Shown one piece after another: positions 9,387 through 19,930 of a stretch of DNA of 64,000 nucleotides (the first letter of the stretch is position 1; the number at the start of each line of letters is the position of its first letter). The position numbers and the translations under genes were made by a program. The notes below the pieces were generated by a model. That model saw only the letters and a list, made by a program, of their open reading frames with translations. It did not search any database and was not told the DNA's origin. This DNA comes from Spirochaetaceae bacterium. GTDB lineage: Bacteria; Spirochaetota; Spirochaetia; DSM-2461. Where the stretch lies: NCBI GenBank assembly GCA_965224705.1, contig OZ245056.1, forward strand, positions 256,001 through 320,000, read 5' to 3'.

Positions 9387-10085
9387 TCAAACAGATCGTC
9401 GATCTTCACCGAGAAGTTTTTCTTCCGCTTCAGATCGTCGCATGTATATCGGGCCAAGGTCACCGGGATCCCCTCCACCCTCCCTGTCATACAAATGACA
9501 GGCCATTTCTATCATGAGCCTGCCCCTCGAAGAATCGTACAGGGGATCAATGATAACCCTTTCTTTTCCTTCAGCCAGATGAGCATCAGGACCTGTTATC
9601 AGTATTGATTCATCATCTGGAAGTGCATCCAGGAATTGTGATAAATCAATATCACTGTCATCCATAATGCGTTTTCCATTTTGAAAGGCTGCGGTATACA
9701 CTCTGTTTCTTCCAGCATTCACTACAGGAACAACAATTCCCGGCCAGTATTCCCGGCCTGAGACCAGTAATGGTAAGGCGGGAACAGCTTTTAGATCACA
9801 ATCAGCCCCTCTGGCAATACCCTTGGCGGTCGCCATTCCAATACGCAAACTTGTGAACGAGCCAGGTCCTGCAGAACAAACAACAAGATTGAGACTTTTC
9901 GGTGAAATACTGGAATCTTTAAAGAGAAATTCTACTGCCGGCATAAGAGTTTCGGCATGCTGAGACCCGGTATCAATATAGAATTCTCTATAGTTTTCAG
10001 CAGCAAGAAGGCCGACTGACAATATTCTTCCTGAACTATCTAAAGCCAGGATATTCCAGTGTTTATTACTGTACACCTCTTCCAC
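9387..10085 (-). CDS. tsaB: tRNA threonylcarbamoyladenosine biosynthesis protein TsaB
   Basis: ILALDSS, HAETLMP, GPGSFTSLRIG, PIYMRRSEAE. Confidence 0.93.
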   Translation of the reverse strand: MEEVYSNKHWNILALDSSGRILSVGLLAAENYREFYIDTGSQHAETLMPAVEFLFKDSSISPKSLNLVVCSAGPGSFTSLRIGMATAKGIARGADCDLKAVPALPLLVSGREYWPGIVVPVVNAGRNRVYTAAFQNGKRIMDDSDIDLSQFLDALPDDESILITGPDAHLAEGKERVIIDPLYDSSRGRLMIEMACHLYDREGGGDPGDLGPIYMRRSEAEEKLLGEDRRSV

Positions 10086-10105
10086 AGAGATTCACTCCTG
10101 TTTTA

Positions 10106-11200
10106 TCAGCCAATTCCATAGAATAAGGCATTGATTTTATTGAGATTTTTAGCTGTAATTTTCGTGAACATGATATTCTTAATGAATCTCCTTCGTGCAT
10201 TGGACCTGAAGTTTTTAACCTTTCCGAATACTTCAACTCTCTCATCACTTCTGAGGAGGTTTATTTCCATTTTTATGAGAGTTCCTGTAATCACTCTGTG
10301 ACGACTCTCAATTGTGCAGCCTCCAGGAGAGATTTCAATTGTGTGGCCGGTCATTTTGTTCTTAGTATCCACTACAGCTTGACGAACAATTTTACGTTTG
10401 CGTCCTGATTCAATTATTTTGACCTGATAGAATGTACATTGGCACCTCAGTTTACTTCGAGTGTGTATTCTTTGTTCATTTGCAAGAACTCCAGTTCCAT
10501 GCTGAAGCATGAGAACATCTCTATCATCTATTTTTATAATGCCGAGAGTTCTGGAAGCAAGGATAAACTTTTTGTTGTCTTCATGTATATGAATTGTAAC
10601 CCTGGTATTTTTGCCAATAAACTTTCTATCCACGCTTTGATCCAGATCAATACCTAGAAATTCCTTTGTGTTCAATGAAACAGGCATCTCCATCCCGAAT
10701 TCCTGTTCTTTCTTCGTTCTCGATATGATTGTGATGTATTCCCCGATTTTGATTTGTATTGAGGGTTTTTTCAGTTTTTTTTTGTTAGCGTAAAGCTCGA
10801 TTTTATGGATAATTCGATATAGATCAAGTTTTTGTTTTTCAATTGTTGATTCATTTTGCTGCATCGAAGAGAATTTGATAAGTGCTTTCCCTATGGTGTT
10901 AACCAGGAGAGGAGATGGTATCAATAGATTGAAGGGGTGTTTTATATTGAATAAGGAGATACAGGTTTCGAGAAGCCGAATCTGATCCATACTCAGTCCT
11001 TTAGATACAGCTTCTCGGCGAAAAGCTCTGCGTTTGTATTTCTTTCCATATCTATTCCTGTTTCTCCAGGTAACAATACGATTGATTACTGTAAGTACAA
11101 TAACCAGTGCAATAGTTATTCCTCCCATTATCGCCACTGAACGCCAACTTGTTTCAGATTGGAAATATATTGTTGACTGTAGTAATACGATGTGCTTCAA
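10106..11200 (-). CDS. Membrane-anchored PilZ-domain (flagellar brake-like) protein
   Basis: N-terminal TM helix; C-terminal RxxxR (RIHTR) and EISPGG motifs; lies in the fliD operon. Confidence 0.7.
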   Translation of the reverse strand: MKHIVLLQSTIYFQSETSWRSVAIMGGITIALVIVLTVINRIVTWRNRNRYGKKYKRRAFRREAVSKGLSMDQIRLLETCISLFNIKHPFNLLIPSPLLVNTIGKALIKFSSMQQNESTIEKQKLDLYRIIHKIELYANKKKLKKPSIQIKIGEYITIISRTKKEQEFGMEMPVSLNTKEFLGIDLDQSVDRKFIGKNTRVTIHIHEDNKKFILASRTLGIIKIDDRDVLMLQHGTGVLANEQRIHTRSKLRCQCTFYQVKIIESGRKRKIVRQAVVDTKNKMTGHTIEISPGGCTIESRHRVITGTLIKMEINLLRSDERVEVFGKVKNFRSNARRRFIKNIMFTKITAKNLNKINALFYGIG

Positions 11201-12060
11201 GATACAATTTCTCCAGCAACAGCAAATAGATCTGGCAGTTCAATGAGAAAAGGCTTAATCTCATACTCCAATATATCTCCGATAAGAACAGTATCATTCG
11301 TCTTCAAAGCTTCTTCCAATTCAGCCAGCATGTCATTCATTGCCTTATTCAATTTAGTCGAAGTATCTTTTTTTTCCATCCAGACCAGACATCGCATGAA
11401 AGCCTGGAGTAACTCTACTAAATGAATGATGACCGCCATTGCCACTTTATCTTGACCGGTTTGAAGTTGAATGGCCACTTCATCAAGTTTTTCTGCAAGT
11501 TCAACAAGGTTTGTGACAATCTTTTCCATTTGTTTTTCAGGATGAACAAGCTCTACAAGGTAATTCTTAATTACGCTGTTCAGCTGAGAAATCTCAACTC
11601 CTGTTTCCTGTAGTTTACATCCGATTTCTTCATCATTCAAAAATACAGAATCAAGTGTTTTACACATATCTGCTTGAACACTTCTGCCAATGATTTCAAA
11701 CAACACGGAACGCATTTCTTCATAAGATTTCGAAAGTTCACTCAGTGATTTTTGATCATTCTTATTCAACGCTTCATTTAAAAAAATTAAATAATTTTGA
11801 GCGTATTCAAGAAAATTTATTTGATATTCACGATTGCTGATGGATTCAATTTGAAGTTTTCGTACAGTATTTATTGGTCGGTCAAACAACTGATCATTGG
11901 TAAGGGCTGCTTCATCGACCTGTATGGAATTGATTCTCATATCTGCTTTTTCAAGCCATGTAATAATACTTTTTAAAACCTCACCAATAGTTTTTTCATT
12001 CTCCAGTTCATAATCAATTCTCTGTTCATTGATTATAATTTCCATATCAGGATTATTCAT
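11197..12060 (-). CDS. Conserved hypothetical protein downstream of fliD
   Basis: 287-aa ORF coupled to fliD; helical and acidic, ending in DTVLIGDILEYEI. Confidence 0.7.
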   Translation of the reverse strand: MNNPDMEIIINEQRIDYELENEKTIGEVLKSIITWLEKADMRINSIQVDEAALTNDQLFDRPINTVRKLQIESISNREYQINFLEYAQNYLIFLNEALNKNDQKSLSELSKSYEEMRSVLFEIIGRSVQADMCKTLDSVFLNDEEIGCKLQETGVEISQLNSVIKNYLVELVHPEKQMEKIVTNLVELAEKLDEVAIQLQTGQDKVAMAVIIHLVELLQAFMRCLVWMEKKDTSTKLNKAMNDMLAELEEALKTNDTVLIGDILEYEIKPFLIELPDLFAVAGEIVS

Positions 12061-14099
12061 CTGTTACCTCCTTGTTGACGGCTGAAATTATCCAATTCTC
12101 TGGAACTGTTTTCAAGTTGATTCAGCATTGCTTCCATTGTTCCATATTGACGCTTCATTTCTGCTTCATAATCCTTCAGATATTCTTCGTAGTCAGCAAT
12201 CTCTTCCCTTGTATCCTTCAGCCGTTTATCTATCCCTGCTATACGATTGCTCGCCAATCCACCAGTCTGTGTAAGAGGAGTTAAATACCTATCTAATGAC
12301 TTCGCAACTCCAGCATCAATAATCAAATCACCAGATGTGTCATTTCCAAATAACTCCTTGACAGCATCCATTCTCGTGCTGAGAGAAGAGTCAAGCTTCT
12401 CTTCATCAATTTCCAGATAGCCTCGCAATTTTGAAAAGTCAATTGTACTTCCTGAATTACTGGAAGAGGCATTTGTGGATATACCAACCTGTGCTAAAAG
12501 GGAAAGTTCATTTCCAGCACCTGTCGTATGGGGACTACTTATAATCGTTTGGAGACGATTTCTTATCTGGTTAAGAGAAGTATCACCGCGAAAACGTCCC
12601 AGTTGTTCTTCCATTTGAACCCTCTGCTCATCATCAAGCCAGGACAATTCTTCCACAATTTTTTTATCATGACTCGTAAGAACCAGCAGCCTTGTCAACA
12701 ACTGATTATAGGAAAAAACAAATCGGATAATGCTGTCTTTTGCCACTTCACTATCGGGTTCAATAGTAAGATCGACTGCTTCTGAGGAAGGCTGCTTCAG
12801 ATTGAATGTCACACCCTCAACAAGGTCATCAATCGTGTTGGAGGATCTTGTTGCTTCAATTCCTCGAAATTCGATTATGGCATCCGCAGCGGTGCTTGTA
12901 ATTCTGGTTGGTTCAAGATCGCCATCTCTGGAAGGATCAAAAATTCGGATATTCTTAATCTCCAATGAGCGGTGAGTATTATCATTCTCAATAAGTATGG
13001 CTGATATATCATTGGGTAATCCGGCTTTCTCAACTCTGATAGTTTTATATTCTGTACTTTTGGAAATTGGCGGCAGTAACTGCGAAGTCCTTTGTCCTTC
13101 AGCTTTGAAAACATCCCAATCATCGACAATTTCTGGCGGTGACCATTCCCTGACAGATGAGGGAAGTTCAACACGGCCTGGATGTCCTGCGATAGTAATA
13201 CCTTGATACTGACCACTGGGTGCACCCGGCCATAATGGTCCCGGTGGATTAGGTGGAACAGGTTCCTCGTCCGTATCAATCTCATGAGTTCTGTATTCGT
13301 ATTCCAGCACCATTCCATTTTCAACGGAAACTGTCTCATCGAAAGGAACTCTAAGTGATGTTTCCGGCTGTATGAGTATACTTCCATTACTCACTTCTAC
13401 GCTTTGCATCTCTACCGGGGAACCTGAAACTGTTAAAAGCTCTCCTGATAGGTTTTCAGGAGTCACTCTTCCTTCCAGGGCAGGAGAAACCCGCACCATA
13501 TCTGTCTCAAGTGCCAGATTGCGAGCATCATCAAGAAATTGAATTCGATTGGAAGAACCTTGGGGAACGGCCTCTATCATCATAACCTGTGTATTTCTGG
13601 TATCACGAACTGTGGCCGCTTTTACAAGTCCAGCACCCTTACCTGTCAGCCGTTTGGTGAAATCTTCCAGGGTTCCCCCCCTGTATTGCAGAGTGACTGA
13701 TTCTTCGCCAACTTTATAGGTGTATTTACCACCCTTAACCCGGAAAGTCTTGTCCAATGAAGGAGTTACAAAACGATCTGAAGATGCTATCTGTTTGACA
13801 GTTATAGAATAAGTATCATTAGCAGCAGTGCGGCCAGCAGTTGCAGTTAGAACATTTTCATTCGAGCTGATAACTTTTTTCTCTGTGAAAGGATTTTCAA
13901 AACCATAGAGACTCTTTGAAGCCCTCTGGAGAACACCCAATTCACGACTGACCTGCTGCCATGTTAATTGAGTTTCATTGAGTTCTTCAACCTCGGCTTC
14001 CATTCGGGTGAGACGAACACGTTCAGCATTCACCAAGTCTTCAACAAGCTTGTCAGTATTGTACTTGGAAGAAACCCCAGGAATACTCATATCAGACAC
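12057..14099 (-). CDS. fliD: Flagellar filament cap protein FliD
   Basis: N-terminal IPGVSSKYNTDKLVEDLV, RSSNTIDDLVEGVTFNL, C-terminal coiled coil QYGTMEAMLNQLE. Confidence 0.95.
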   Translation of the reverse strand: MSDMSIPGVSSKYNTDKLVEDLVNAERVRLTRMEAEVEELNETQLTWQQVSRELGVLQRASKSLYGFENPFTEKKVISSNENVLTATAGRTAANDTYSITVKQIASSDRFVTPSLDKTFRVKGGKYTYKVGEESVTLQYRGGTLEDFTKRLTGKGAGLVKAATVRDTRNTQVMMIEAVPQGSSNRIQFLDDARNLALETDMVRVSPALEGRVTPENLSGELLTVSGSPVEMQSVEVSNGSILIQPETSLRVPFDETVSVENGMVLEYEYRTHEIDTDEEPVPPNPPGPLWPGAPSGQYQGITIAGHPGRVELPSSVREWSPPEIVDDWDVFKAEGQRTSQLLPPISKSTEYKTIRVEKAGLPNDISAILIENDNTHRSLEIKNIRIFDPSRDGDLEPTRITSTAADAIIEFRGIEATRSSNTIDDLVEGVTFNLKQPSSEAVDLTIEPDSEVAKDSIIRFVFSYNQLLTRLLVLTSHDKKIVEELSWLDDEQRVQMEEQLGRFRGDTSLNQIRNRLQTIISSPHTTGAGNELSLLAQVGISTNASSSNSGSTIDFSKLRGYLEIDEEKLDSSLSTRMDAVKELFGNDTSGDLIIDAGVAKSLDRYLTPLTQTGGLASNRIAGIDKRLKDTREEIADYEEYLKDYEAEMKRQYGTMEAMLNQLENSSRELDNFSRQQGGNR

Positions 14100-14156
14100 T
14101 AAAGTTTCCTTCGAGGCCCTGTAACAACGCTACAAAGCATCGAAACAGGCCAATTA

Positions 14157-14492
14157 TCAGATTTCCTTGTCGAAAAGAATTCCCAATATGCGTCCTATAT
14201 GTTCATGAACCGATTGAATTTCCTTAGAGGGAATTTCTTTGATAACTTTATCGGTATCCTTGTCAATTATTCTGACGACGAAGTAACCCATTTCGTCCTT
14301 TATATCATATTTGATACGGGTATTACGAATCGCTTTATCAAGAGCAGCTTTCAACACGGCTCTGTCTTGAGTCAAGGTATTATGAGGTTTTTTTGTTTTA
14401 CTGGTCAGTGTTTTTTTTGATTGATCCGCCTGACCCTGGATCACTCCGGTCTTACCTGGTGTTACAGCATTGTTGAGGTGCACAACTTCCAT
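14157..14492 (-). CDS. flaG: Flagellar protein FlaG
   Basis: VVRIIDKDTDKVIKEIPSKE...GILFDKEI motif; AAGGAGGA RBS before ATG 14492. Confidence 0.9.
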   Translation of the reverse strand: MEVVHLNNAVTPGKTGVIQGQADQSKKTLTSKTKKPHNTLTQDRAVLKAALDKAIRNTRIKYDIKDEMGYFVVRIIDKDTDKVIKEIPSKEIQSVHEHIGRILGILFDKEI

Positions 14493-14518
14493 GTTGTCCT
14501 CCTTGATTTTCAATTCTC

Positions 14519-14557
14519 AAAAAAGGGCATCTCAGGGAGGGACGCGTCCTCCCTGAG
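14519..14557 (-). terminator. Probable intrinsic terminator after flaB
   Basis: CTCAGGGAGG/CCTCCCTGAG 10-bp stem with a nearby T6 run downstream on the minus strand. Confidence 0.6.
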
Positions 14558-14625
14558 AATTCCTGATGGAAAAGATGACGTCCAGTTCTCTCTTCCATCT
14601 GCATGGACAGATATTCAGCCGAACT

Positions 14626-15480
14626 CTACCCCAATAGTTGAAGCACGGATTGAGACCGTATGTTCGCCTGTGCCAGTAAAGACATACCAGCCTGGTTTAG
14701 AATCGCATTCTTTGTGTACTCCACTACCTTTGATGCCATATTGGTATCTCTGATCTGGGATTCTGCTGCCTGAATGTTTTCTGCGGCAATTGCGACTCCC
14801 TTTGAAGCCATTTCGAAGCGATTCTGAAAAGCGCCAAGTTCAGCTCTTTGCTTGTTGACAGATTTCATAGCATCATCAATTAAACCGATCGCCCGGTTTG
14901 CTACTTCTATAGTTGAAATAGAAATAGTTCCACCCACACCCTGTTCAGCGGTCAGGCCAAGAGCCTGTGCTGTCATGGTTGCAATAGCGAATCGCTCCGC
15001 CTGGTCCATATTGGCACCGACTTGAATCTGCATGAAGTCACCTGTGACAGATGTTGATGAAAAACGCCCGGTCAAAATGTTCATTCCATTAAACTGGGCA
15101 TGAGATGCGACACGGTCAATTTCATCAACAAGTTGAGAAACTTCGACCTGAATCTGCATTCGATCTTCTGAGGAATAAACCCCGTTTGCTGCCTGAACTG
15201 ACAATTCCCTGACTCTCTGAAGAATATCTTGAGTTTCCTGCAGATATCCTTCCGTTGTCTGTATGAATGACACTCCATTTTCGATGTTTCTTTCTGCCTG
15301 ATTCAGACCACGAATTTGACTTCGCATCTTCTCGCTGACAGACAACCCGGAAGCATCATCACCAGCCTTGTTTATTCTCAGACCACTGACTAATTGCTCC
15401 AGTACCCTGGATGTAGATTTGTTCGAAACTGAAACTTGCCTGTTTGCATTGATGGCACTCATGTTGTGATTGATAATCAT
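14626..15480 (-). CDS. flaB: Flagellin (periplasmic flagellar core protein FlaB)
   Basis: [47 protein letters not shown]. Confidence 0.97.
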   Translation of the reverse strand: MIINHNMSAINANRQVSVSNKSTSRVLEQLVSGLRINKAGDDASGLSVSEKMRSQIRGLNQAERNIENGVSFIQTTEGYLQETQDILQRVRELSVQAANGVYSSEDRMQIQVEVSQLVDEIDRVASHAQFNGMNILTGRFSSTSVTGDFMQIQVGANMDQAERFAIATMTAQALGLTAEQGVGGTISISTIEVANRAIGLIDDAMKSVNKQRAELGAFQNRFEMASKGVAIAAENIQAAESQIRDTNMASKVVEYTKNAILNQAGMSLLAQANIRSQSVLQLLG

Positions 15481-15506
15481 ATTCCCTCCTTGATATGGGA
15501 CGATTC

Positions 15507-15520
15507 GGGCATCCATGCCC
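15507..15520 (-). promoter_or_regulatory. CsrA-type GGA hairpin in the flaB leader
   Basis: Minus strand GGGCA-TGGA-TGCCC hairpin upstream of the GGAGG RBS. Confidence 0.7.
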
Positions 15521-15683
15521 TTTACCCTCTAATCACGGGATGGGGAACCGGAAAACAATGCGCGTCATAACCGGTCTGTCCTTATCCCGATGGTACGAGG
15601 AGCTATTCCCATCAATCGGATGGGAATAGCACACTCGCCCGTGATTAGTTCAAGGAAGTGCTTTTCAAAGATCAATAAACCAG

Positions 15684-15722
15684 ATGAGAGTTATACTCCC
15701 ATACGAAGAGTATAACTCTCAT
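15684..15722 (-). terminator. Perfect 15-bp hairpin after the upstream flaB (terminator or stabiliser)
   Basis: ATGAGAGTTATACTC / GAGTATAACTCTCAT; U tract is weak. Confidence 0.5.
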
Positions 15723-15748
15723 GAGAGAATACTTCAAGTCTTTTTTTC

Positions 15749-16609
15749 CTACTGAAGCAATTGGAGCACATTTTGAGCCCGCATATTCGCCTGTGCAAGC
15801 ATTGCGGTACTCGATTGGCTGAGTATCTGATTCTTACTGTAGTCAACCATCTTTGCTGCCATATCAAGGTCTCTGATTCTGCTCTCAGCGGCCTGCATGT
15901 TTTCAGCACTGGTATCCAGCCCCTTAACAGCCATCTCAAGTCGATTCTGGTAGGCACCAAGTTCAGCCCGTTGTGTATTCACTGTTTTCAAGACACTGTC
16001 GAGTATACCAAGATTCCGATTTGCCTGTTCCTGTGTACTGATACTGAGAGTAATACCAGTTGAGTTCTGTCTCAGTCCCAGAGCTGTTGCGGTCATGGTT
16101 CCAATGAACATCTGTATCCTTTCATCCATATTGGGACCAATATGGAACCACATTGATGAAGTTGGATTGTTGATACCATTCTCTCGTGCGAATCGACCAG
16201 TAAGCATTTGCATACCATTGAATTGTGCATGAGAAGCCACCCGATCAACTTCATCAATAAGCTGGGAAACCTCAACCTGAATCTGCATTCTATCCTCGCT
16301 GGAATAGATCCCATTGGCCGCCTGTACAGCCAATTCTCTGATACGCTGCAGAACTTCTGTTGTTTCTTCCAGATAGCCCTCAGTGAGCTGAATCAAAGAA
16401 ATTCCATCTGATGCATTTCGGCTTGCCTGATTGAGACCGCGAATCTGCGAACGCATTTTCTCGGAAACAGCCAATCCCGAAGCATCATCTGCTGCCATTG
16501 TAATACGCAGACCACTCGATAGCTTTGCCATGTCCTTCATCGTATTGATGTTGGTGTTTTTCTGAGCGCGTAAGGCATTAATAGCACTCATATTATGATT
16601 AATAATCAT
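15749..16609 (-). CDS. flaB: Flagellin (periplasmic flagellar core protein FlaB)
   Basis: [38 protein letters not shown]. Confidence 0.97.
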   Translation of the reverse strand: MIINHNMSAINALRAQKNTNINTMKDMAKLSSGLRITMAADDASGLAVSEKMRSQIRGLNQASRNASDGISLIQLTEGYLEETTEVLQRIRELAVQAANGIYSSEDRMQIQVEVSQLIDEVDRVASHAQFNGMQMLTGRFARENGINNPTSSMWFHIGPNMDERIQMFIGTMTATALGLRQNSTGITLSISTQEQANRNLGILDSVLKTVNTQRAELGAYQNRLEMAVKGLDTSAENMQAAESRIRDLDMAAKMVDYSKNQILSQSSTAMLAQANMRAQNVLQLLQ

Positions 16610-16635
16610 CTATCCCTCCATGAAATGATGATAGT

Positions 16636-16655
16636 TTCAGGCATCCTTGCCTGAA
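16636..16655 (-). promoter_or_regulatory. CsrA-type GGA hairpin in the flaB leader
   Basis: Minus strand TTCAGGCA-AGGA-TGCCTGAA. Confidence 0.75.
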
Positions 16656-16690
16656 GTATGATTTCCCCTGCTGCTGTTGACCATCAGCCC

Positions 16691-16717
16691 ATATCGGAAT
16701 CTGGCTACAGAACTTTA
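16691..16717 (-). promoter_or_regulatory. Sigma-28 (FliA) promoter of flaB
   Basis: Minus strand TAAA-N15-TCCGATAT. Confidence 0.85.
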
Positions 16718-16980
16718 GAAAATCTTCTATTTCATGATCGGGCAGAAATATCGATAAACTTGACCGTATTACACAAAAAAAACTCAAGTCGCAATTGAAA
16801 CTGCCGATTGGTCGATCGTTATTGAGTCTGATCTCGGCTGCATGGAGGTCGAGATAATCATTTGAGGGTGTTCCCGTCTGACAATGTCTATTGAGGTATC
16901 AGCAGCGAGGAGCTTTCCATACTTTGAAAACAACAGGGACCGCATTCAGCGGTTCATGCAATGCAGCTCCAGTATGATTT

Positions 16981-18351
16981 CTATTTTCCCGGATTGTTTT
17001 CAATCAAAGATTGTTGAGTATACTCTTCTGGAATCTGTCTGTTGGTTGTGATACCCAGGTCTTTCAGCATCTGGGCCTGACGAATGAGATTGCCCCGCCC
17101 GGAAGACAATTTGCCTTTCGCACTCTCAAAGCTTCTACCGGCCTGAGAAATGCGGCTGCCTACATTTTCAAAATCTTCAACAAACCCAACAAGTTTATCA
17201 AACAGAGCCGTTCCTCTCCGGGCAATTTCCAGAGCATTACGGCTGCGTTGTTCCTGCCTCCATAGCTGCATGACGATTCGCATCACAAACAGTAGTGTTG
17301 AGGAACTGACTAACAGGACATTGTTTCTCCATGCGTCTTCCCAGATCCTGCCATCTTCGGAAAGAGTCAGCATGAAAGCCGGTTCCAGAGGGATGAACAT
17401 GATAACAAAATCGGGAGATTTCTCTTCATACAGTTTGTGATAGTCCTTTGCAGCCAGTTCTTTCATGTGTGTTCTTACAGAGGATAAATGTGCCTTCAAA
17501 GCTTCCGCCTGTTCCACAGCATCATCTTTATTTATGTAGTCATCATAGGCATTTAAAGAAACCTTGGAATCGATAATCATATGCCGGTCTTCCGGCAGAT
17601 GTATAACCACATCAGGCTGGACACGGCTGCCGTCGTCCCGTGTATGACTCTCCTGAAGCGTGTATTCCTCGCCTTTCCGTAAACCGGAAACCTCCAGAAT
17701 GCGTTCAAGTATCATCTCTCCCCAATTCCCCTGGGCCTTGCTGTCCCTTTTAAGCGCATTGGTAAGGTTTGATGCTTCCTGAGAAAGTCTGTCATTCATT
17801 TCCATGAGTTTTCTGATCTCATCTCTCAGCGAATGACGTTCCTTACCTTCATTTTCATAGTTCTCCTGTATCTTTGTCTGAAATTCCCCAAGCCGTTCCT
17901 TGAGTGGATTCAGTATTTCACCTATACCTGTTTTATTCTGTTCCTGAAAAGCACGTGTTTTCTCATCAAGGATATTGTTGGCCAATACCTTGAAATGATT
18001 TGTTAATTCCTCTCTTGCTTCCTTTAAGAGTTTGATCTTTTCTTCATACTGATCCCGGTCACTGCTCAGTTCCTGCATGGCAAGGGCAAGCTGCCTTTCC
18101 AGGTTGGCGATACTTCTATCCCGTACTGAAAGATCATTTTTACAGGAGTCAAGTCTTTCTTCAAGAGATTTATTCTCCTCCGTCAGCCTCATTTTATCCC
18201 TTTCAAAACCTGCTGTTCTTTCTTTGAGGACGGCATTGTCAGCGGCCAGACCACCTCTATTGTCCGGGCGGCTCCGTCGGACTGCCAGAACAATTCCAAT
18301 GGTTAGAATGAATACAAGGACAACGAGAAGAGTGAGTATAAGGTTTACCAT
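16981..18351 (-). CDS. rmuC: DNA recombination protein RmuC
   Basis: N-terminal TM plus coiled coil, QGNWGEMILE, QPDVVIHLP, IIDSKVSL, DFVIMFIP. Confidence 0.95.
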   Translation of the reverse strand: MVNLILTLLVVLVFILTIGIVLAVRRSRPDNRGGLAADNAVLKERTAGFERDKMRLTEENKSLEERLDSCKNDLSVRDRSIANLERQLALAMQELSSDRDQYEEKIKLLKEAREELTNHFKVLANNILDEKTRAFQEQNKTGIGEILNPLKERLGEFQTKIQENYENEGKERHSLRDEIRKLMEMNDRLSQEASNLTNALKRDSKAQGNWGEMILERILEVSGLRKGEEYTLQESHTRDDGSRVQPDVVIHLPEDRHMIIDSKVSLNAYDDYINKDDAVEQAEALKAHLSSVRTHMKELAAKDYHKLYEEKSPDFVIMFIPLEPAFMLTLSEDGRIWEDAWRNNVLLVSSSTLLFVMRIVMQLWRQEQRSRNALEIARRGTALFDKLVGFVEDFENVGSRISQAGRSFESAKGKLSSGRGNLIRQAQMLKDLGITTNRQIPEEYTQQSLIENNPGK

Positions 18352-18432
18352 GAATGCCTCCGGCCTGTGGAATCATTATCTCATTCCAGTCATCTTATCA
18401 ACCATGACAGCCTGACTATTGAAGGTGCAGGA

Positions 18433-19137
18433 TTACCGGGGAACAATTTCTGTTCCGACAAACTCCTTCCCTGCAATGATAGCCTGAAGATTGTTAAGGT
18501 TTCGGCCATCAGCCGCAATAACAGTCAATCCGATTTCTGCGGCTTTTTTCGCTGCCACCGGATCAAAAGGCATACTGGAACCTGGTGTCCATTTATCCTG
18601 GATCATTGATTTATACTCCTCCCAGGTAAGTCGAATCAAGGGCTTTGCCTGGGGATTGTTCTGAGGATCCGAATCATATACATGGGGAATATTGGAAAGC
18701 ATCACGACACGCTGAACTGAGAACCTCTCTGCAAGAATAACCGCATCGCAGTCAGTGGAGAAGCCAGGTTTCCAACCGGCAGCAATCAGTACCCGGCCTG
18801 TAAATTGAAAATCTGATGTGGGATCGGTCACAACAGGATCAAGGCAAAGTGAGCCAAGAATGCTCCGCATGAGTTCTGCATTGAGTCTGGTTGCCATCAC
18901 ACCCACCCAGTCCAATGAGTCCGAAGGAGTCCGGGGTGCTATCTCAGAAACGGCTTCCTGCCAGGCTCTGGCAGCTCCGCCGCCGCCTGTTACCATTATA
19001 AGTCGTTGTGAAGAGTCATCTTCAAGCCATTTCTGTATAAAAGCCAGGAAATCTTTCAAGAAAGATGTATCTGGAGAATCTGGAGCAATTATGGATCCTC
19101 CAATATCAAGAACAGCCAGTTCACCATGATTATTCAT
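18433..19137 (-). CDS. pyrH: Uridylate kinase (archaeal-type)
   Basis: GGSII, GGGGAAR, GVMATRLNA, GWKPGFSTD, VYDSDP, PFDPVA. Confidence 0.9.
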   Translation of the reverse strand: MNNHGELAVLDIGGSIIAPDSPDTSFLKDFLAFIQKWLEDDSSQRLIMVTGGGGAARAWQEAVSEIAPRTPSDSLDWVGVMATRLNAELMRSILGSLCLDPVVTDPTSDFQFTGRVLIAAGWKPGFSTDCDAVILAERFSVQRVVMLSNIPHVYDSDPQNNPQAKPLIRLTWEEYKSMIQDKWTPGSSMPFDPVAAKKAAEIGLTVIAADGRNLNNLQAIIAGKEFVGTEIVPR

Positions 19138-19248
19138 AACTTCCCCTGAGAATTACACATCATACCTGGACTATCCCTGTTCCGTACAGTGTTGACTCTT
19201 GACGATAAGGAGGAAAAAGCTATTAATACAGTGTATGAGGTTTACTTT

Positions 19249-19926
19249 TTGATTCGTTTAACCCATGTCGCTGCATTGTGTTTTATATCAGTATCGTTGA
19301 GTCTTTCGGCCCAAGAAACCGCTTCACAGTATTTTGATACAGTTTCTGAGCATTACAAAACTATTTCTGACTATACTGCAAATCTCACCATATCTCGCGG
19401 CACTGAGGTACAAACAGCTGTGGCACAGTATAAGAAACCCAATCTTCTCCGACTTGATTTCTCAAATCCTGCCGGCATGGTTATAGCGGTCAATAGTGAG
19501 AAGCTCATGGTGTGGGTCCCTGGATACAGTGTTACATTTGAGCAGGATTTACGCCCTGATGCTCAAGAACAGACGGGCACTCTGGCAACTCCTGGCGGAT
19601 TAGCATTATTGGCTCGGTATTATACAATTGCCTATGCAGAAGATCCCGCTCCGGTTGCTCTTGAAGCAGGCTCTTCTGAACGGGTAATGAAGCTGAGATT
19701 AAACTGGAAATCCAATAACGAGGGGTTTAGAGAACTGATAATAAGTGTTAATTCCAATAACAAAATGATACGCCGCATAGAAGGCCGCACAACAACAGGT
19801 GCAAGGATAGTCTTTGATTTTACCAATATCGTACTAAACAGCGGGATACCAGATACCCGTTTTGATTACGAAAGCCCGCCCATTGGGAACTCCATCGAAA
19901 ACTTTCTATTTGATCCGGGGAATTAG
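19249..19926 (+). CDS. lolA: Outer-membrane lipoprotein carrier LolA-family protein
   Basis: Signal peptide, YKKPNLLRLDF motif; likely TTG start 19249 after GAGG (ORF open from 19189). Confidence 0.75.
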   Translation: MIRLTHVAALCFISVSLSLSAQETASQYFDTVSEHYKTISDYTANLTISRGTEVQTAVAQYKKPNLLRLDFSNPAGMVIAVNSEKLMVWVPGYSVTFEQDLRPDAQEQTGTLATPGGLALLARYYTIAYAEDPAPVALEAGSSERVMKLRLNWKSNNEGFRELIISVNSNNKMIRRIEGRTTTGARIVFDFTNIVLNSGIPDTRFDYESPPIGNSIENFLFDPGN

Positions 19927-19930
19927 AAGC

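Noticed and set aside
16734..16763. Second sigma-28-like site (TCAA...CCCGATCA)
   Set aside because: Spacing is off consensus and a better site lies at 16691-16717
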